Assembly (NCBI GenBank): GCA_049968255.1
Contig: JBMFRB010000002.1
Span: forward strand, 384,001 to 448,000
Source of the DNA: Candidatus Sumerlaeaceae bacterium
GTDB lineage: Bacteria; Sumerlaeota; Sumerlaeia; Sumerlaeales; Sumerlaeaceae
DNA: 64,000 nucleotides
Reading direction: 5' to 3'
Positions 18,823 to 29,079 of the stretch are shown here, one piece after another. Each line of letters begins with the position of its first letter. Position 1 is the stretch's first letter. Below the pieces are notes generated by a model. It ran no database searches, was not told the origin of the DNA, and worked only from the letters and a program-made list of their open reading frames with translations. The translations under genes and the position numbers were made by a program.

Positions 18823-20576
18823 AATTTTCTAAAACCGTCGAAAAGCCTATCTGGGAAAGCGGACGCGACAACAACTTAAAAGGTTTTCGCGGTGTCCTTG
18901 GCGTAGAGCAAGTTCGGGTTGTCACGCCGGATGCCATTTTGGGCGAATTGAAAAGTCTCAAACAAGACGCGCTGCGCCCTTTTCCTGTTTTGTTCGACAT
19001 GACGGCAGTTGACGAAAGCGAACGGCAAAGCCGTCCCTCCGAATTGAGTGAGCGTTTTACCGTTCATTATCTCTTGTGGAGTCCTCAGCGCAACGAACGG
19101 CTTCTTCTCAAAGTGCCTGTTGCGGGGGCGAATCCGGAGCTCCCAAGTGCATGTCAGGTCTTCAAGAACGCCAACTGGTACGAGCGCGAAATCTTCGACA
19201 TGTTTGGGATTCGTTTCTCCGGCCATCCTAATCTGAAGCGGATCCTTATGCCCGACTGGTGGGAAGGTCATCCTCTCCGGAAAGATCATCCCAATCGAGC
19301 CACAGAGATGCCGCCGCTCGTTGTCACCCCCGAGGATTTGGCGGAACTCGATAAGTTCGACTACATGGGCAACGGCGACTCGTACTTCCGTACGCGAGGA
19401 CCGAATGGTGAAGATTTGATGATCCTCAATCTGGGTCCGAATCACCCAGGGACTCACGGTGTCTTGCGAGTGGTTTTAGCCTTGGATGGCGAGTACATGG
19501 AAGACGTTTATCCGGTGATCGGCTACCACCACCGCGCTGCAGAGAAGATGGCCGAACGCCAGACGTTCCACACTTACATTCCTTACTGCGACCGCGTGGA
19601 TTATCTGGCCGGTGTTTACAACGAATTGCCCTATGTGCTGGCATGTGAAAAGCTCGGTGGTGTCGATGTGCCGGAACGTGCACAGATGATCCGCGTGTTA
19701 TTGGGGGAAATGTATCGGCTTTGCAACCACCTCGTGTGGTTCGGCACGTACGCTCACGACGTGGGAGCGATGACGCCTGTCTTTTATACATTCCGCGAGC
19801 GTGAATCGCTTTTCAAAATCATTGAGTTTATCACTGGCGGGCGCATGCACCCGAACTATTTGCGCATCGGCGGCGTTTCCATGGATCTGCCGCCCGATTG
19901 GCAGGAGCCTATCCGGCTCTTTTTGAAAGATTTCGACAAGAATCTCATCGAGTACGAAAAGCTTTTCTTAAAAAATCCGATTTTCAAAACACGTACGCAA
20001 GGCGTGGGCAAAATGTCCGCAGAGGAATGCTGGGAGTGGGGAGTAACAGGCCCCAATCTGCGTGCCAGTGGGGTGGCTTTCGATTTGCGAAAGGCGGCAC
20101 CGTATTCGGGTTACGAGCGGTTCGAGTTTGAGATCCCCACTCACACAGATGGGGATTGTTATGCGCGTGGAATTGTGCGGCATGCGGAAATGTACCAGAG
20201 CGCGCGCATCATCGCCCAGGTGCTCGACCAAATGCCGGACGGCGATTATATCTCGAAAGACAACCGCTTCGCTTTCCCGCCCAACAAGGCGGAAACGATG
20301 CTGCACATCGAAACTCTCATCAACCATTTCCTTGCGGTGGGGTGGGGACTCGATATGCCAGTGGGCGAAAGCCTGGCTATGGTTGAGCAGCCCAAAGGCA
20401 TCGCTGGTTACTACGTCGTCAGCGATGGGCGAAGCTCGCCTTACCGTTTGCGGATTCGCACACCGAGCTTTGCTCACATGCAGACGCTACCGGCACTCGC
20501 TCGTGGACACTTACTCAGCGACCTTCTGGCTATTATCGGTGCGATGGATTACGTTCTAGCGGATATCGATAGGTGA
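18819..20576 (+). CDS. nuoC: NADH-quinone oxidoreductase subunit C/D (fused)
   Basis: [19 protein letters not shown] followed by [21 protein letters not shown], terminal DIDR in one 585-aa ORF. Confidence 0.96.
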   Translation: MKFSKTVEKPIWESGRDNNLKGFRGVLGVEQVRVVTPDAILGELKSLKQDALRPFPVLFDMTAVDESERQSRPSELSERFTVHYLLWSPQRNERLLLKVPVAGANPELPSACQVFKNANWYEREIFDMFGIRFSGHPNLKRILMPDWWEGHPLRKDHPNRATEMPPLVVTPEDLAELDKFDYMGNGDSYFRTRGPNGEDLMILNLGPNHPGTHGVLRVVLALDGEYMEDVYPVIGYHHRAAEKMAERQTFHTYIPYCDRVDYLAGVYNELPYVLACEKLGGVDVPERAQMIRVLLGEMYRLCNHLVWFGTYAHDVGAMTPVFYTFRERESLFKIIEFITGGRMHPNYLRIGGVSMDLPPDWQEPIRLFLKDFDKNLIEYEKLFLKNPIFKTRTQGVGKMSAEECWEWGVTGPNLRASGVAFDLRKAAPYSGYERFEFEIPTHTDGDCYARGIVRHAEMYQSARIIAQVLDQMPDGDYISKDNRFAFPPNKAETMLHIETLINHFLAVGWGLDMPVGESLAMVEQPKGIAGYYVVSDGRSSPYRLRIRTPSFAHMQTLPALARGHLLSDLLAIIGAMDYVLADIDR

Positions 20577-21067
20577 TCATGATTCCCGACACGTTACGAA
20601 AAGAACTTAGCGACCACTGCGCGCACTATCCCTCGCGCCAGGTGGGACTCATTTACGTTCTCCAGAAATTGCAAGAACATTACGGGGGCTGGTTACCCGA
20701 CGAAGCAATCACAGAAGCCGCCGAGATCGTCGGTGTTACCGAGGTTGAAGTCGAGGGGGTGGCGACCTTTTACAACTGGTTTTTCCGTGAGCCAGTCGGA
20801 AAAACGATTATCGCATGCTGCGACTCTATCTCATGCTATCTCTGCGGGAGTGAACAAATTGTCACGCATCTGGAAAAGCGGCTGGGAATCAAAATGGGCC
20901 AAACGACACCCGACGGCCGCTTCACACTCCTGCCTGTCGTATGTCTGGGAAACTGTGATCGTGCGCCGAGCATCATGGTGGGAAACCAACTTTACGAACG
21001 CGTGACGCCCGAGATGATAGACGAAATTTTAGCCAAACCTGATACGGCGACGGAGGAGAAGCAATGA
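20573..21067 (+). CDS. nuoE: NADH-quinone oxidoreductase subunit E
   Basis: VATFY, CDSISC...CLGNC [2Fe-2S] ligands. Confidence 0.95.
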   Translation: MIMIPDTLRKELSDHCAHYPSRQVGLIYVLQKLQEHYGGWLPDEAITEAAEIVGVTEVEVEGVATFYNWFFREPVGKTIIACCDSISCYLCGSEQIVTHLEKRLGIKMGQTTPDGRFTLLPVVCLGNCDRAPSIMVGNQLYERVTPEMIDEILAKPDTATEEKQ

Positions 21068-22332
21068 GCGAACATGTTCTCCTCAAGAACATCGACCCTC
21101 GCAACCCCCAACCCGTCACTTATGAGCAGTACATGCGGAATGGCGGATACGAAGGCGCACGTGTTGCTCTCTCCAAAACTCCACTCGAGGTCCAGCAGAT
21201 CGTGAAGGAGAGCGGGCTGCGCGGTCGCGGCGGTGCGGGTTTCCCAACGGGACTCAAGTGGTCTTTTGTGCCCATGGATTTCCCCGGCCAAAAATACTTG
21301 ATTTGCAACTGCGACGAGATGGAACCGGGGACTTTTAAGGATCGCGCGCTCGTGTATGGAGATCCTCATCAGCTCATCGAGGGCATGCTCATCGCCGCCT
21401 ACGCGATGCAGATGACAAAAGGATTCATTTTTATCCGCTATGAATATCGCAAAGGCGCGGAAATTCTGGACCGGGCAATTGCTGAAGCGGAAAAGCACGG
21501 GTGGCTCGGGAAAAACATTCAGGGCACGGGCTTTGATTTTCATTTGGAAACACACGTGAGCGCGGGGCGCTACATTTGCGGCGAAGAGACGGCACTGCTC
21601 AACAGCCTTGAAGGAAAACGGGCAAACCCCCGAAGTAAACCGCCATTTCCACAGATTCGCGGCTTCCTTGGTCAGCCAACGATTGTCAATAATGTCGAAA
21701 CTTTTTGCAACATCCCGCACATTCTTGCGCGAGGCCCAGAGTGGTATAAAAAGCTTGGACTCAATGGCAACGCGGGAACAAAGTTGATGGGAGCCAGCGG
21801 CCGGGTGAAAAACCCCGGTTTATGGGAACTTCCCATGGGCACTCCCCTCAATGTGCTTTTGAACGAATATGCTGGGGGCCCCTCGAGAAACCTTCCATTC
21901 AAAGCAGTAATCCCCGGGGCATTATCTACGCCAATGTTCACGCCTGATCAATTTGATACGCCGATGGATTTTGATTCCGTGGCAAAAGCCGGTTCACGTC
22001 TCGGCACAGCCTGCGTCATCGTCTTTGACGAAGGCGACTGCATGGTTGCAGCAACAGCCAACATCATGAAATTTTATGCACGTGAGTCTTGTGGTTTCTG
22101 CACTCCCTGTCGCGAGGGGATGCCGTGGATCTACGACCTCGTTTGCGCGATCCGCGACGGTCAGGGCCAGCCGAATGACCTGAACGTGTTGGACGATCTG
22201 TCCCGGCACCTTGCGCATACCTTTTGCGCTTTTGCGCCGGGCGCTCAAGGACCTTTCCTTAGCGCAATCACGAAATTTCGGCATGAATTCGACGAACACA
22301 TCGCCAAGAGAACTTGCAGCGTTGCGAAGTGA
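21064..22332 (+). CDS. nuoF: NADH-quinone oxidoreductase subunit F
   Basis: GRGGAGFPTG, DEMEPGTFKD, YICGEET, ESCGFCTPCREG. Confidence 0.97.
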   Translation: MSEHVLLKNIDPRNPQPVTYEQYMRNGGYEGARVALSKTPLEVQQIVKESGLRGRGGAGFPTGLKWSFVPMDFPGQKYLICNCDEMEPGTFKDRALVYGDPHQLIEGMLIAAYAMQMTKGFIFIRYEYRKGAEILDRAIAEAEKHGWLGKNIQGTGFDFHLETHVSAGRYICGEETALLNSLEGKRANPRSKPPFPQIRGFLGQPTIVNNVETFCNIPHILARGPEWYKKLGLNGNAGTKLMGASGRVKNPGLWELPMGTPLNVLLNEYAGGPSRNLPFKAVIPGALSTPMFTPDQFDTPMDFDSVAKAGSRLGTACVIVFDEGDCMVAATANIMKFYARESCGFCTPCREGMPWIYDLVCAIRDGQGQPNDLNVLDDLSRHLAHTFCAFAPGAQGPFLSAITKFRHEFDEHIAKRTCSVAK

Positions 22333-22337
22333 GGCAA

Positions 22338-24680
22338 ATGAGCGAGCTAGTCACAATCACAATTGATGGCGAACAGTACCAAGTGCCAGCCGGTGCAAAT
22401 TTGCTTCAAGTGTGCCTGGACCTTGGGCTAATGGTGCCGCATTTTTGTTATCATGAAGCGTTGGGCCCTGCAGGCGCGTGCCGCTTGTGTGCAGCCATGG
22501 TGGCGCCCTCTCCAGATAAGCCAGCTCAACTGGCGATGACGTGCATGACTCGTGTCGCCAACGGGATGGCGGTCAAAATCCAAGATCCCTATGCTAAAGA
22601 CTTCCGTCGTGGCGTCATCGAATATCTCATGCTCAATCATCCGCACGATTGCCCTGTTTGCGACGAAGGCGGCGAGTGTATGCTGCAGGACATGACCGTC
22701 CTCTCAGAACATATTCATCGCCGCTCGCGCTTTCCCAAGCGCACCTGGCGCAATCAGTACCTGGGGCCTCTTATCCATCATGAAATGAATCGGTGCATCA
22801 CGTGCTACCGCTGTGTGCGTTTCTACAGAGACTATGCGTTGGGTAAAGACCTTGGTGTGTTTGGCTCACGGGATCGCGTTTATTTTGGCCGCGTGAAGGA
22901 CGGGGTGCTGGAAAGTGAATTCGCAGGAAACCTAGTCGACGTGTGTCCAACGGGCGTTTTCACCGACAAGCGTTTCCGTGAAGTATATGCGCGCCCGTGG
23001 GACTTGCGGACAGCCCGAGCTGTCTGTGTGCACTGCAGTGTGGGGTGTAATCTTCTCGTCGGTGGACGTCACCGCACGTTACGGCGTATTAAGCCCGCCC
23101 CGCACAAAGAGCTGAATCGTTTCTTTATTTGTGACCGGGGCCGCTTCGGCGGCGAGTACGTCAATTCGTATCCCCGCCAGGCCACGCCGATGATTTCGGG
23201 CAACAAGTCGAGTTTTACAAAGGCGATAGAACATGCAGCCGACCAATTGCGGCAAATCGTGGAGAAATATGGTCCAAAAGCCGTCGTTGCCTTCGGTTCT
23301 CAACGGACATCTCTCGAGACGAATGCCGCATTGAACCTCTTGCTGCGAGCGGCTGGAGCAGCGCCTCAAATCGTTTATCATGATAGTGATGAGGAACATG
23401 CCACCGTAAGGTTTGCTTCGGCAATGGTGACCAGCCGAGAGCTGCCTGTGCCCACTCTTGTTGATATCGAGAAATGCGATGTCATTTTGAGCGTCGGCGG
23501 CGACCTCACAGGTGAGGCGCCGATGATTGATCTGTCTGTTCGGCAGGCAATACGTGCTGGCTGCACATTTTTTGTGATTTCTCCGCGGGCCGGAAAACTT
23601 GATGAGTTCGCCAAGAGGACGTTGCGTGTAAGGCCGGATGCGATCGCCACTACGGTGGAAGAAGTTGGCCGCGCGCTCGCACAAACTTCAGAGCCAATGC
23701 GCCCGGAGCTAGCTGAGATTGTCGAGGCGCTTCGCAACGCAAGAAACCCTCTCATCCTTTGCTCGACCCTGCGCGGCGATCTGCGGACAGCAGAAGCTGT
23801 TTACCAAGCCGCCAAAGTCGCGCACAAGGAAGGCCGTCCCTGCTATCTCGCTTATTATTTCCCGTCATCAAATTCTGTTGGCGTGGGTCTGGCAAGGGAC
23901 TCTATGCCCCCGAGCGAGGCTGTTGAACTCATTCGAGCCGGTAAGGCCAAAGCTGTGGTAGTGGTCGAGCGAGACCTTGCAGCAGCTGTAGGGGGGAGAG
24001 CAATCGCCAGCGAACTTCTTAGTCGGTGCGAGTTTTCGTTGATCGTGAGTTCCGTAGAACCCGTTCCTCCTGAAACGGTTACAGTGTGGCTTCCGTCGCT
24101 CCCCCACTACCTTACTCATGGTAAATTTGTGAATTACGAAGGGCGAGCGCAATACTCCGACGGACTCAGTTTGGCCACGCCCCTAACTCAGGGGCCAGCG
24201 GATCTCCTTGCTGCCATCATCACGCAATTGGGGCAGAGCACACTACTAGAGTCTGCCCAGTATTCGGAGATTTATGCAATCGCTTCGGAGCAGGAGACGT
24301 TAGTCGAGCAACTGTCCCCGACGAGCGAAGGCGTGTTGCTAAGAACCGAACTCGGTGTAGGCACGCATGCAGAGCGAAGCCACGCTGCTCCGCTTAGGGG
24401 AGAGTGGGTCCGGTGGCAGATTATTCAGACGTTTGGTTCTGAAGAGTTGAGCGCGTTGTCGCCGCCGATTGCGGAACTGTCCGCTCGACTCCGCATGGAA
24501 ATGCACCCCGACGATATCGAAAAGCAAGGTTTGAGAGAAGGCGAAATGGTCCCGGTTCCGGATGTTCCGTCAATGAAACTAAAGCTTGTCGCTAATGCTC
24601 AGTTAGCACACGGGACTTTTGCGATTCCGCGATTACCCGAGCATTTAGCAACGGACGCTTTAGCGGAGGGCAAAGCGTGA
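22338..24680 (+). CDS. nuoG: NADH-quinone oxidoreductase subunit G
   Basis: HFCYH...GACRLC, HPHDCPVCDEGGEC, RCITCYRC, CVHCSVGC (N7 cluster). Confidence 0.95.
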   Translation: MSELVTITIDGEQYQVPAGANLLQVCLDLGLMVPHFCYHEALGPAGACRLCAAMVAPSPDKPAQLAMTCMTRVANGMAVKIQDPYAKDFRRGVIEYLMLNHPHDCPVCDEGGECMLQDMTVLSEHIHRRSRFPKRTWRNQYLGPLIHHEMNRCITCYRCVRFYRDYALGKDLGVFGSRDRVYFGRVKDGVLESEFAGNLVDVCPTGVFTDKRFREVYARPWDLRTARAVCVHCSVGCNLLVGGRHRTLRRIKPAPHKELNRFFICDRGRFGGEYVNSYPRQATPMISGNKSSFTKAIEHAADQLRQIVEKYGPKAVVAFGSQRTSLETNAALNLLLRAAGAAPQIVYHDSDEEHATVRFASAMVTSRELPVPTLVDIEKCDVILSVGGDLTGEAPMIDLSVRQAIRAGCTFFVISPRAGKLDEFAKRTLRVRPDAIATTVEEVGRALAQTSEPMRPELAEIVEALRNARNPLILCSTLRGDLRTAEAVYQAAKVAHKEGRPCYLAYYFPSSNSVGVGLARDSMPPSEAVELIRAGKAKAVVVVERDLAAAVGGRAIASELLSRCEFSLIVSSVEPVPPETVTVWLPSLPHYLTHGKFVNYEGRAQYSDGLSLATPLTQGPADLLAAIITQLGQSTLLESAQYSEIYAIASEQETLVEQLSPTSEGVLLRTELGVGTHAERSHAAPLRGEWVRWQIIQTFGSEELSALSPPIAELSARLRMEMHPDDIEKQGLREGEMVPVPDVPSMKLKLVANAQLAHGTFAIPRLPEHLATDALAEGKA

Positions 24681-25711
24681 TCCAGCAAGCTCTTGTTCTT
24701 GATTATCTGGGAAAACTGCCAGCTTGGCAATTCGCGATACTCGCAACCCTGCTCAAAGGGGCTATCGTTCTTTTTGTGCTTTTGACACTTGCTGGCTACG
24801 CAGTTTACGTCGAGCGCAAGGTCATTGCGCGTTTGCAGAATCGGGTGGGACCGAATCGCGCTGGACCCTGGGGGCTGCTCCAGCCACTAGCAGACGTTCT
24901 CAAGCTTCTTACGAAGGAAGAGTCCTATCCACCGTTCGTGAACAAAGTTCTTTTCCTTCTTGCACCTGCCATCATAGCGTTTACGGGATTGCTAGGGTTT
25001 GCTATTGTCCCGCTTGGCGACAACCCTTGGCTCGTAATCTCTGATCTGAATTTGGGGATTCTTTTCTTCCTCGCGCTGAGCTCGCTCGGCGTATACAGCA
25101 TCGTTCTGGCAGGCTGGTCATCGAACAGCAAGTATGCTGTGTTGGGGGGACTTCGGGCTACGGCTCAGATGATCAGTTACGAGCTTTCCATGGCACTTTC
25201 GCTTCTGGCCGTGGTTCTTATGGCAGGCAGTTTTCAGCTCACGCAAATCGCACGGGCGCAGTCGCCGATTTGGTTTATCTTCCTGCAGCCGCTTGGCTTT
25301 GTCGTATTTCTGACCGCTATGGTTGCTGAGTCGCGCCGAACGCCTTTCGACATTCCTGAAGCCGAAAACGAAATTGTTGCAGGTTTTCACACGGAATACA
25401 GCAGCATGAAATTCGCGCTCTTTTTCCTGGGCGAATACATGGGCATTGTGCTGCTGAGCTTCATTATCAGTGTTGCTTATCTCGGTGCATGGTCAGGGCC
25501 GTTTGCGCCAGGTCCCTGGTGGCTTTTTCTGAAGGTAGCCTTTTTCGTGTTCTTCTTTATCTGGATTCGGACGACTTATCCACGCCTGCGCTACGACCAT
25601 CTCATGGTTCTTGGCTGGAGGTATTTATTGCCCCTGTCGTTACTCAATCTTCTCCTGACGGCGCTGCTGGGCTTGTTCTTCCCCTCGCTGGTGCCACACG
25701 CCTTGCGCTGA
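24677..25711 (+). CDS. nuoH: NADH-quinone oxidoreductase subunit H
   Basis: ERK...RVGPNRAGP, QMISYE, RTPFDIPEAE, PRLRYD. Confidence 0.96.
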   Translation: MIQQALVLDYLGKLPAWQFAILATLLKGAIVLFVLLTLAGYAVYVERKVIARLQNRVGPNRAGPWGLLQPLADVLKLLTKEESYPPFVNKVLFLLAPAIIAFTGLLGFAIVPLGDNPWLVISDLNLGILFFLALSSLGVYSIVLAGWSSNSKYAVLGGLRATAQMISYELSMALSLLAVVLMAGSFQLTQIARAQSPIWFIFLQPLGFVVFLTAMVAESRRTPFDIPEAENEIVAGFHTEYSSMKFALFFLGEYMGIVLLSFIISVAYLGAWSGPFAPGPWWLFLKVAFFVFFFIWIRTTYPRLRYDHLMVLGWRYLLPLSLLNLLLTALLGLFFPSLVPHALR

Positions 25712-25724
25712 AAAGGAATGGAGC

Positions 25725-26243
25725 ATGATACGCGATTTGTTAACAGGATTACAAATTACGGCGAAGTATATCTTCCGGCGTCCGATCACGATCGAGTATC
25801 CGGAAGAAAAGCCTATCATTCCACCACGTTGGCGTGGACGGATCGTCTTGACGAGCGATCCCGATGGCGAGGAGCGGTGCGTTGCCTGTTATCTTTGCCA
25901 AGCGGTGTGCCCAGTGCAGTGTATTGATTTGCAGGCGACACATCGACCAGACGGTCGGCGCGTAGCAGCGAAATTCGACATCAATTTCGCGCGTTGCATC
26001 TTTTGCGGCTTCTGCGAGGAAGCTTGCCCAACCTACGCCATTCAGCTGACGCCAGATTTCGAAATGTCGGCCACAGAACGCAGCAGTTTGCTCTATCACA
26101 AAGAAGATCTGCAAATTTCAGGGACTGGCAAACATCCTGAGTATAGCTTTTGGAAGGTTTCAGGGGTTGCAATTTCCGGAAAAGACAAAGGTGAAGGCTT
26201 CAATGAGGAGCCCCCGACGAATTTCAGGAGCAACATGCCATGA
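25725..26243 (+). CDS. nuoI: NADH-quinone oxidoreductase subunit I
   Basis: CVACYLCQAVCP and CIFCGFCEEACP. Confidence 0.96.
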   Translation: MIRDLLTGLQITAKYIFRRPITIEYPEEKPIIPPRWRGRIVLTSDPDGEERCVACYLCQAVCPVQCIDLQATHRPDGRRVAAKFDINFARCIFCGFCEEACPTYAIQLTPDFEMSATERSSLLYHKEDLQISGTGKHPEYSFWKVSGVAISGKDKGEGFNEEPPTNFRSNMP

Positions 26244-26779
26244 GTTTGCTCGGTGTAATTTTTTACTTAGCTGCGACAGTTGCCCTCGTGGGCACGGGCG
26301 CTGTTCTTTTAGCGCGCAACGCCGTCAACGCTGTGCTTTACTTGCTGGTCTCGTTGTTCGGCGTAGCGCTCATGATGTATTCCCTCGGCGGGTCGTTTGT
26401 TGCGATTCTCGAAGTTATCGTCTATGCAGGAGCGATCGTGGTTTTGTTCCTCTTTGTGATCATGATGCTCAACATTTCCAAAATCGAGCAGTATAGAGAC
26501 CTTCAACCCCCTAACCGAGCTCAACTTTTGCTTCCCGTCGTCCTTGCGTTAGCATTAGTGGCAGATTTAGGCATCGCTGTTTATGCTGCCGCGGCTGGCA
26601 CGGCGGCTGGCAAGTCCGTCACTGTCGCGCAAATTGGCGAGGTTCTTTACCGTCAACACTATCTCGGTGTGGAGCTCGCTTCGCTGGTTTTGCTCATTGG
26701 ATTGATCGGTGCACTTCATCTCGGATCTGCAGCCTGGCTTGCACATCAGAAGGAGGCTAAGCACGATGGTACCAGCTGA
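26240..26779 (+). CDS. nuoJ: NADH-quinone oxidoreductase subunit J
   Basis: VIVYAGAIVVLFLFVIMML. Confidence 0.94.
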   Translation: MSLLGVIFYLAATVALVGTGAVLLARNAVNAVLYLLVSLFGVALMMYSLGGSFVAILEVIVYAGAIVVLFLFVIMMLNISKIEQYRDLQPPNRAQLLLPVVLALALVADLGIAVYAAAAGTAAGKSVTVAQIGEVLYRQHYLGVELASLVLLIGLIGALHLGSAAWLAHQKEAKHDGTS

Positions 26780-27071
26780 ACACGCGCTCATTGTCGCAGG
26801 GATTCTGTTCTGCATGGGAGTGATTGGCGTACTTGTGCGGCGCAATTTTCTCTTTGTTCTCATGGCTATCGAGATTATGCTCAACGCCGCTGGGCTGGCC
26901 TTCGTGGCAAGCTCAAGTATCTACGGTCAGCCAGACGGCCAGATTTTTTTCCTGTTCATTCTGCCGGTTGCTGCAGCAGAAGTCGCCATTGGCTTAGCCC
27001 TTGGGGTCTTGCTGCAAACTCGCTATGGAACGCTTGACCTTTGGCAAATCGCTCAAATGCGGGAGGACTGA
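26766..27071 (+). CDS. nuoK: NADH-quinone oxidoreductase subunit K
   Basis: RRN, EIMLNA, GQIF, VAAAEVAIGLA. Confidence 0.94.
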   Translation: MVPAEHALIVAGILFCMGVIGVLVRRNFLFVLMAIEIMLNAAGLAFVASSSIYGQPDGQIFFLFILPVAAAEVAIGLALGVLLQTRYGTLDLWQIAQMRED

Positions 27072-27080
27072 GCAGCTAGA

Positions 27081-29069
27081 ATGATTCATGCGGATGGCAC
27101 ACCCATGATTTGGCCAATACCAGCTTTTGCTCTGATTGGCGCGCTTGCAATTTTCCTCTTCTCGCGGTGGTGGTCCGCGCGCACGGCCGGCAAGATTGCG
27201 TGTACCGCTGCAGGGGCGAGCTTTGTTTGGACGTTAGTCGTAGCTGTCCAAATGCTGACGGGTGGGGCAAAGTACGTCGCACTGCACGAGCCGCTATGGA
27301 CGTGGTTGAGTGGCGCGGGGCCTGTCGCGGCGCGAATTGGATTTTACCTCGACCGGCTCTCGCTCGTTTTTGCGCTAATCGTCACCGGCGTGGGGTGGCT
27401 CATCCATCTGTACTCGTACGCGTACATGGAGGGCGACGAGGGTGAGCGGCGTTTCTTTGGCTATCTGAACCTCTTCGTCTTCTCCATGCTCACGCTTGTC
27501 ATGGCCGACAATGCATTCTTCATGTTTCTTGGATGGGAAGGCGTCGGCGCGTGCAGCTTTTTGCTGATCGGACATTGGTACCAAAAGTCAGAAAACTGTG
27601 CGGCGGCGCAGAAAGCGTTTTTGGTCACGCGGTTGGGGGATGTTTTTCTTATCTTGGGCGTGTTGATGTGTGCTAGCCTGGTCGGAGTAGATTTTACACA
27701 TCTTGGGGGCTTCGAAAAAGTCCGTGAACTGGCTCACATTGAACCCTTTGCAAACCTTGGGGGAAAGACAGTTCTGCTAATCGCAGGATTACTTCTTCTT
27801 GGCGGAGCTGCTGGCAAAAGTGCCCAGCTCCCATTGCAGGTGTGGTTGCCTGACGCGATGGCTGGCCCAACGCCAGTGAGTGCGCTGATCCATGCTGCGA
27901 CGATGGTAACAGCTGGCGTCTATCTCATCGCACGGTTCCACGAGCTTTTTGTTCAGGTGCCAGAGCTTATGGTAGGTGTGGCGTTGGTGGGCGTGCTCAC
28001 CGCTTTTTATGGCGCGACATGTGCCATTGTACAAACCGACATCAAGCGAGTGCTGGCCTACTCCACAATCAGCCAAATCGGCTACATGATTCTTGGCCTC
28101 GGCGCCGGAGCATTCTCCCTGGGGGTGTTTCACTTCTTTACACATGCTTTTTATAAGGCGCTTCTGTTCCTGGCTGCCGGCACAGTCATTCACAGTCTCC
28201 ACGGTGAACAAAACATCTATAACATGGGCGGATTGAAAGGACTTCTTCCCCGCACCTACCTCGCATTTCTGGCAGGTGCTGCTTCGTTGGCCGGAATCCC
28301 ACTTGTCACTGCAGGCTTTTTTAGCAAGGACGCAATCCTCTGGAGTGCTCTGACCACGCAGTATGGTTCTGTTCCAATCTATGCATTGGGTCTTCTGACA
28401 GCCCTGCTTACGGCTATCTATTCGTTTCGCTTGGTGTTTATCGTCTTCTTTGGCTCGCAGCGCAAAGAGATCCATGTTCACGCCCCTTCGCCGCTGCTAG
28501 AATGGCCGCTGATAGTTTTGGCGGTGTTTGCCCTTGGGGCCGGCTACTTGAATCTTCCGCAAGCCTTTGGGGGCAGCGCGTGGTGGGAACATTTTCTGGA
28601 ACCAGTATTTAGGGAAGCGGAAGCTCGGCCGCTTGTTCATGAAAGATCGAAAGAGCTCTTCGCGGCCGCTGCGGGTGGACTACTTGCTCTGGCTGGCATG
28701 GGAATCGCTTGGAGGCTCTACGGTCCAAGCGCCCGAAACGTCTTGCCAGCACCAACAATGCCGGTTGGCGAAATTCAAAATGATAGTCCTTCTCCTTATC
28801 AATCGGGATTGGCCAATTTCCTTTTTGCTGGATGGTATTTTGACCGCCTCTACATGAGGGTTTTCGTACGAGGCTTCAGACTGTTCGCCACGTTGGCCAA
28901 CCTTGTGGACAACGTTATCGTTGATGGATTTTACGAGCTCGTTGCCCTTATTGTCCGAGCATTTCATGCTCTCCTCGCATTTTTCCAAAATGGCCGCGCG
29001 AGTCGTTATGCGCTGGTCATGCTCTTTGGCGCGGTTGCCATCACCACTTTCGCTCTGATGTGGAGGTAA
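27081..29069 (+). CDS. nuoL: NADH-quinone oxidoreductase subunit L
   Basis: GWEGVG, GKSAQLPLQVWLPDAMAGPTPVSALIHAATMV, THAFYKA. Confidence 0.96.
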   Translation: MIHADGTPMIWPIPAFALIGALAIFLFSRWWSARTAGKIACTAAGASFVWTLVVAVQMLTGGAKYVALHEPLWTWLSGAGPVAARIGFYLDRLSLVFALIVTGVGWLIHLYSYAYMEGDEGERRFFGYLNLFVFSMLTLVMADNAFFMFLGWEGVGACSFLLIGHWYQKSENCAAAQKAFLVTRLGDVFLILGVLMCASLVGVDFTHLGGFEKVRELAHIEPFANLGGKTVLLIAGLLLLGGAAGKSAQLPLQVWLPDAMAGPTPVSALIHAATMVTAGVYLIARFHELFVQVPELMVGVALVGVLTAFYGATCAIVQTDIKRVLAYSTISQIGYMILGLGAGAFSLGVFHFFTHAFYKALLFLAAGTVIHSLHGEQNIYNMGGLKGLLPRTYLAFLAGAASLAGIPLVTAGFFSKDAILWSALTTQYGSVPIYALGLLTALLTAIYSFRLVFIVFFGSQRKEIHVHAPSPLLEWPLIVLAVFALGAGYLNLPQAFGGSAWWEHFLEPVFREAEARPLVHERSKELFAAAAGGLLALAGMGIAWRLYGPSARNVLPAPTMPVGEIQNDSPSPYQSGLANFLFAGWYFDRLYMRVFVRGFRLFATLANLVDNVIVDGFYELVALIVRAFHALLAFFQNGRASRYALVMLFGAVAITTFALMWR

Positions 29070-29079
29070 CGCTGTTACG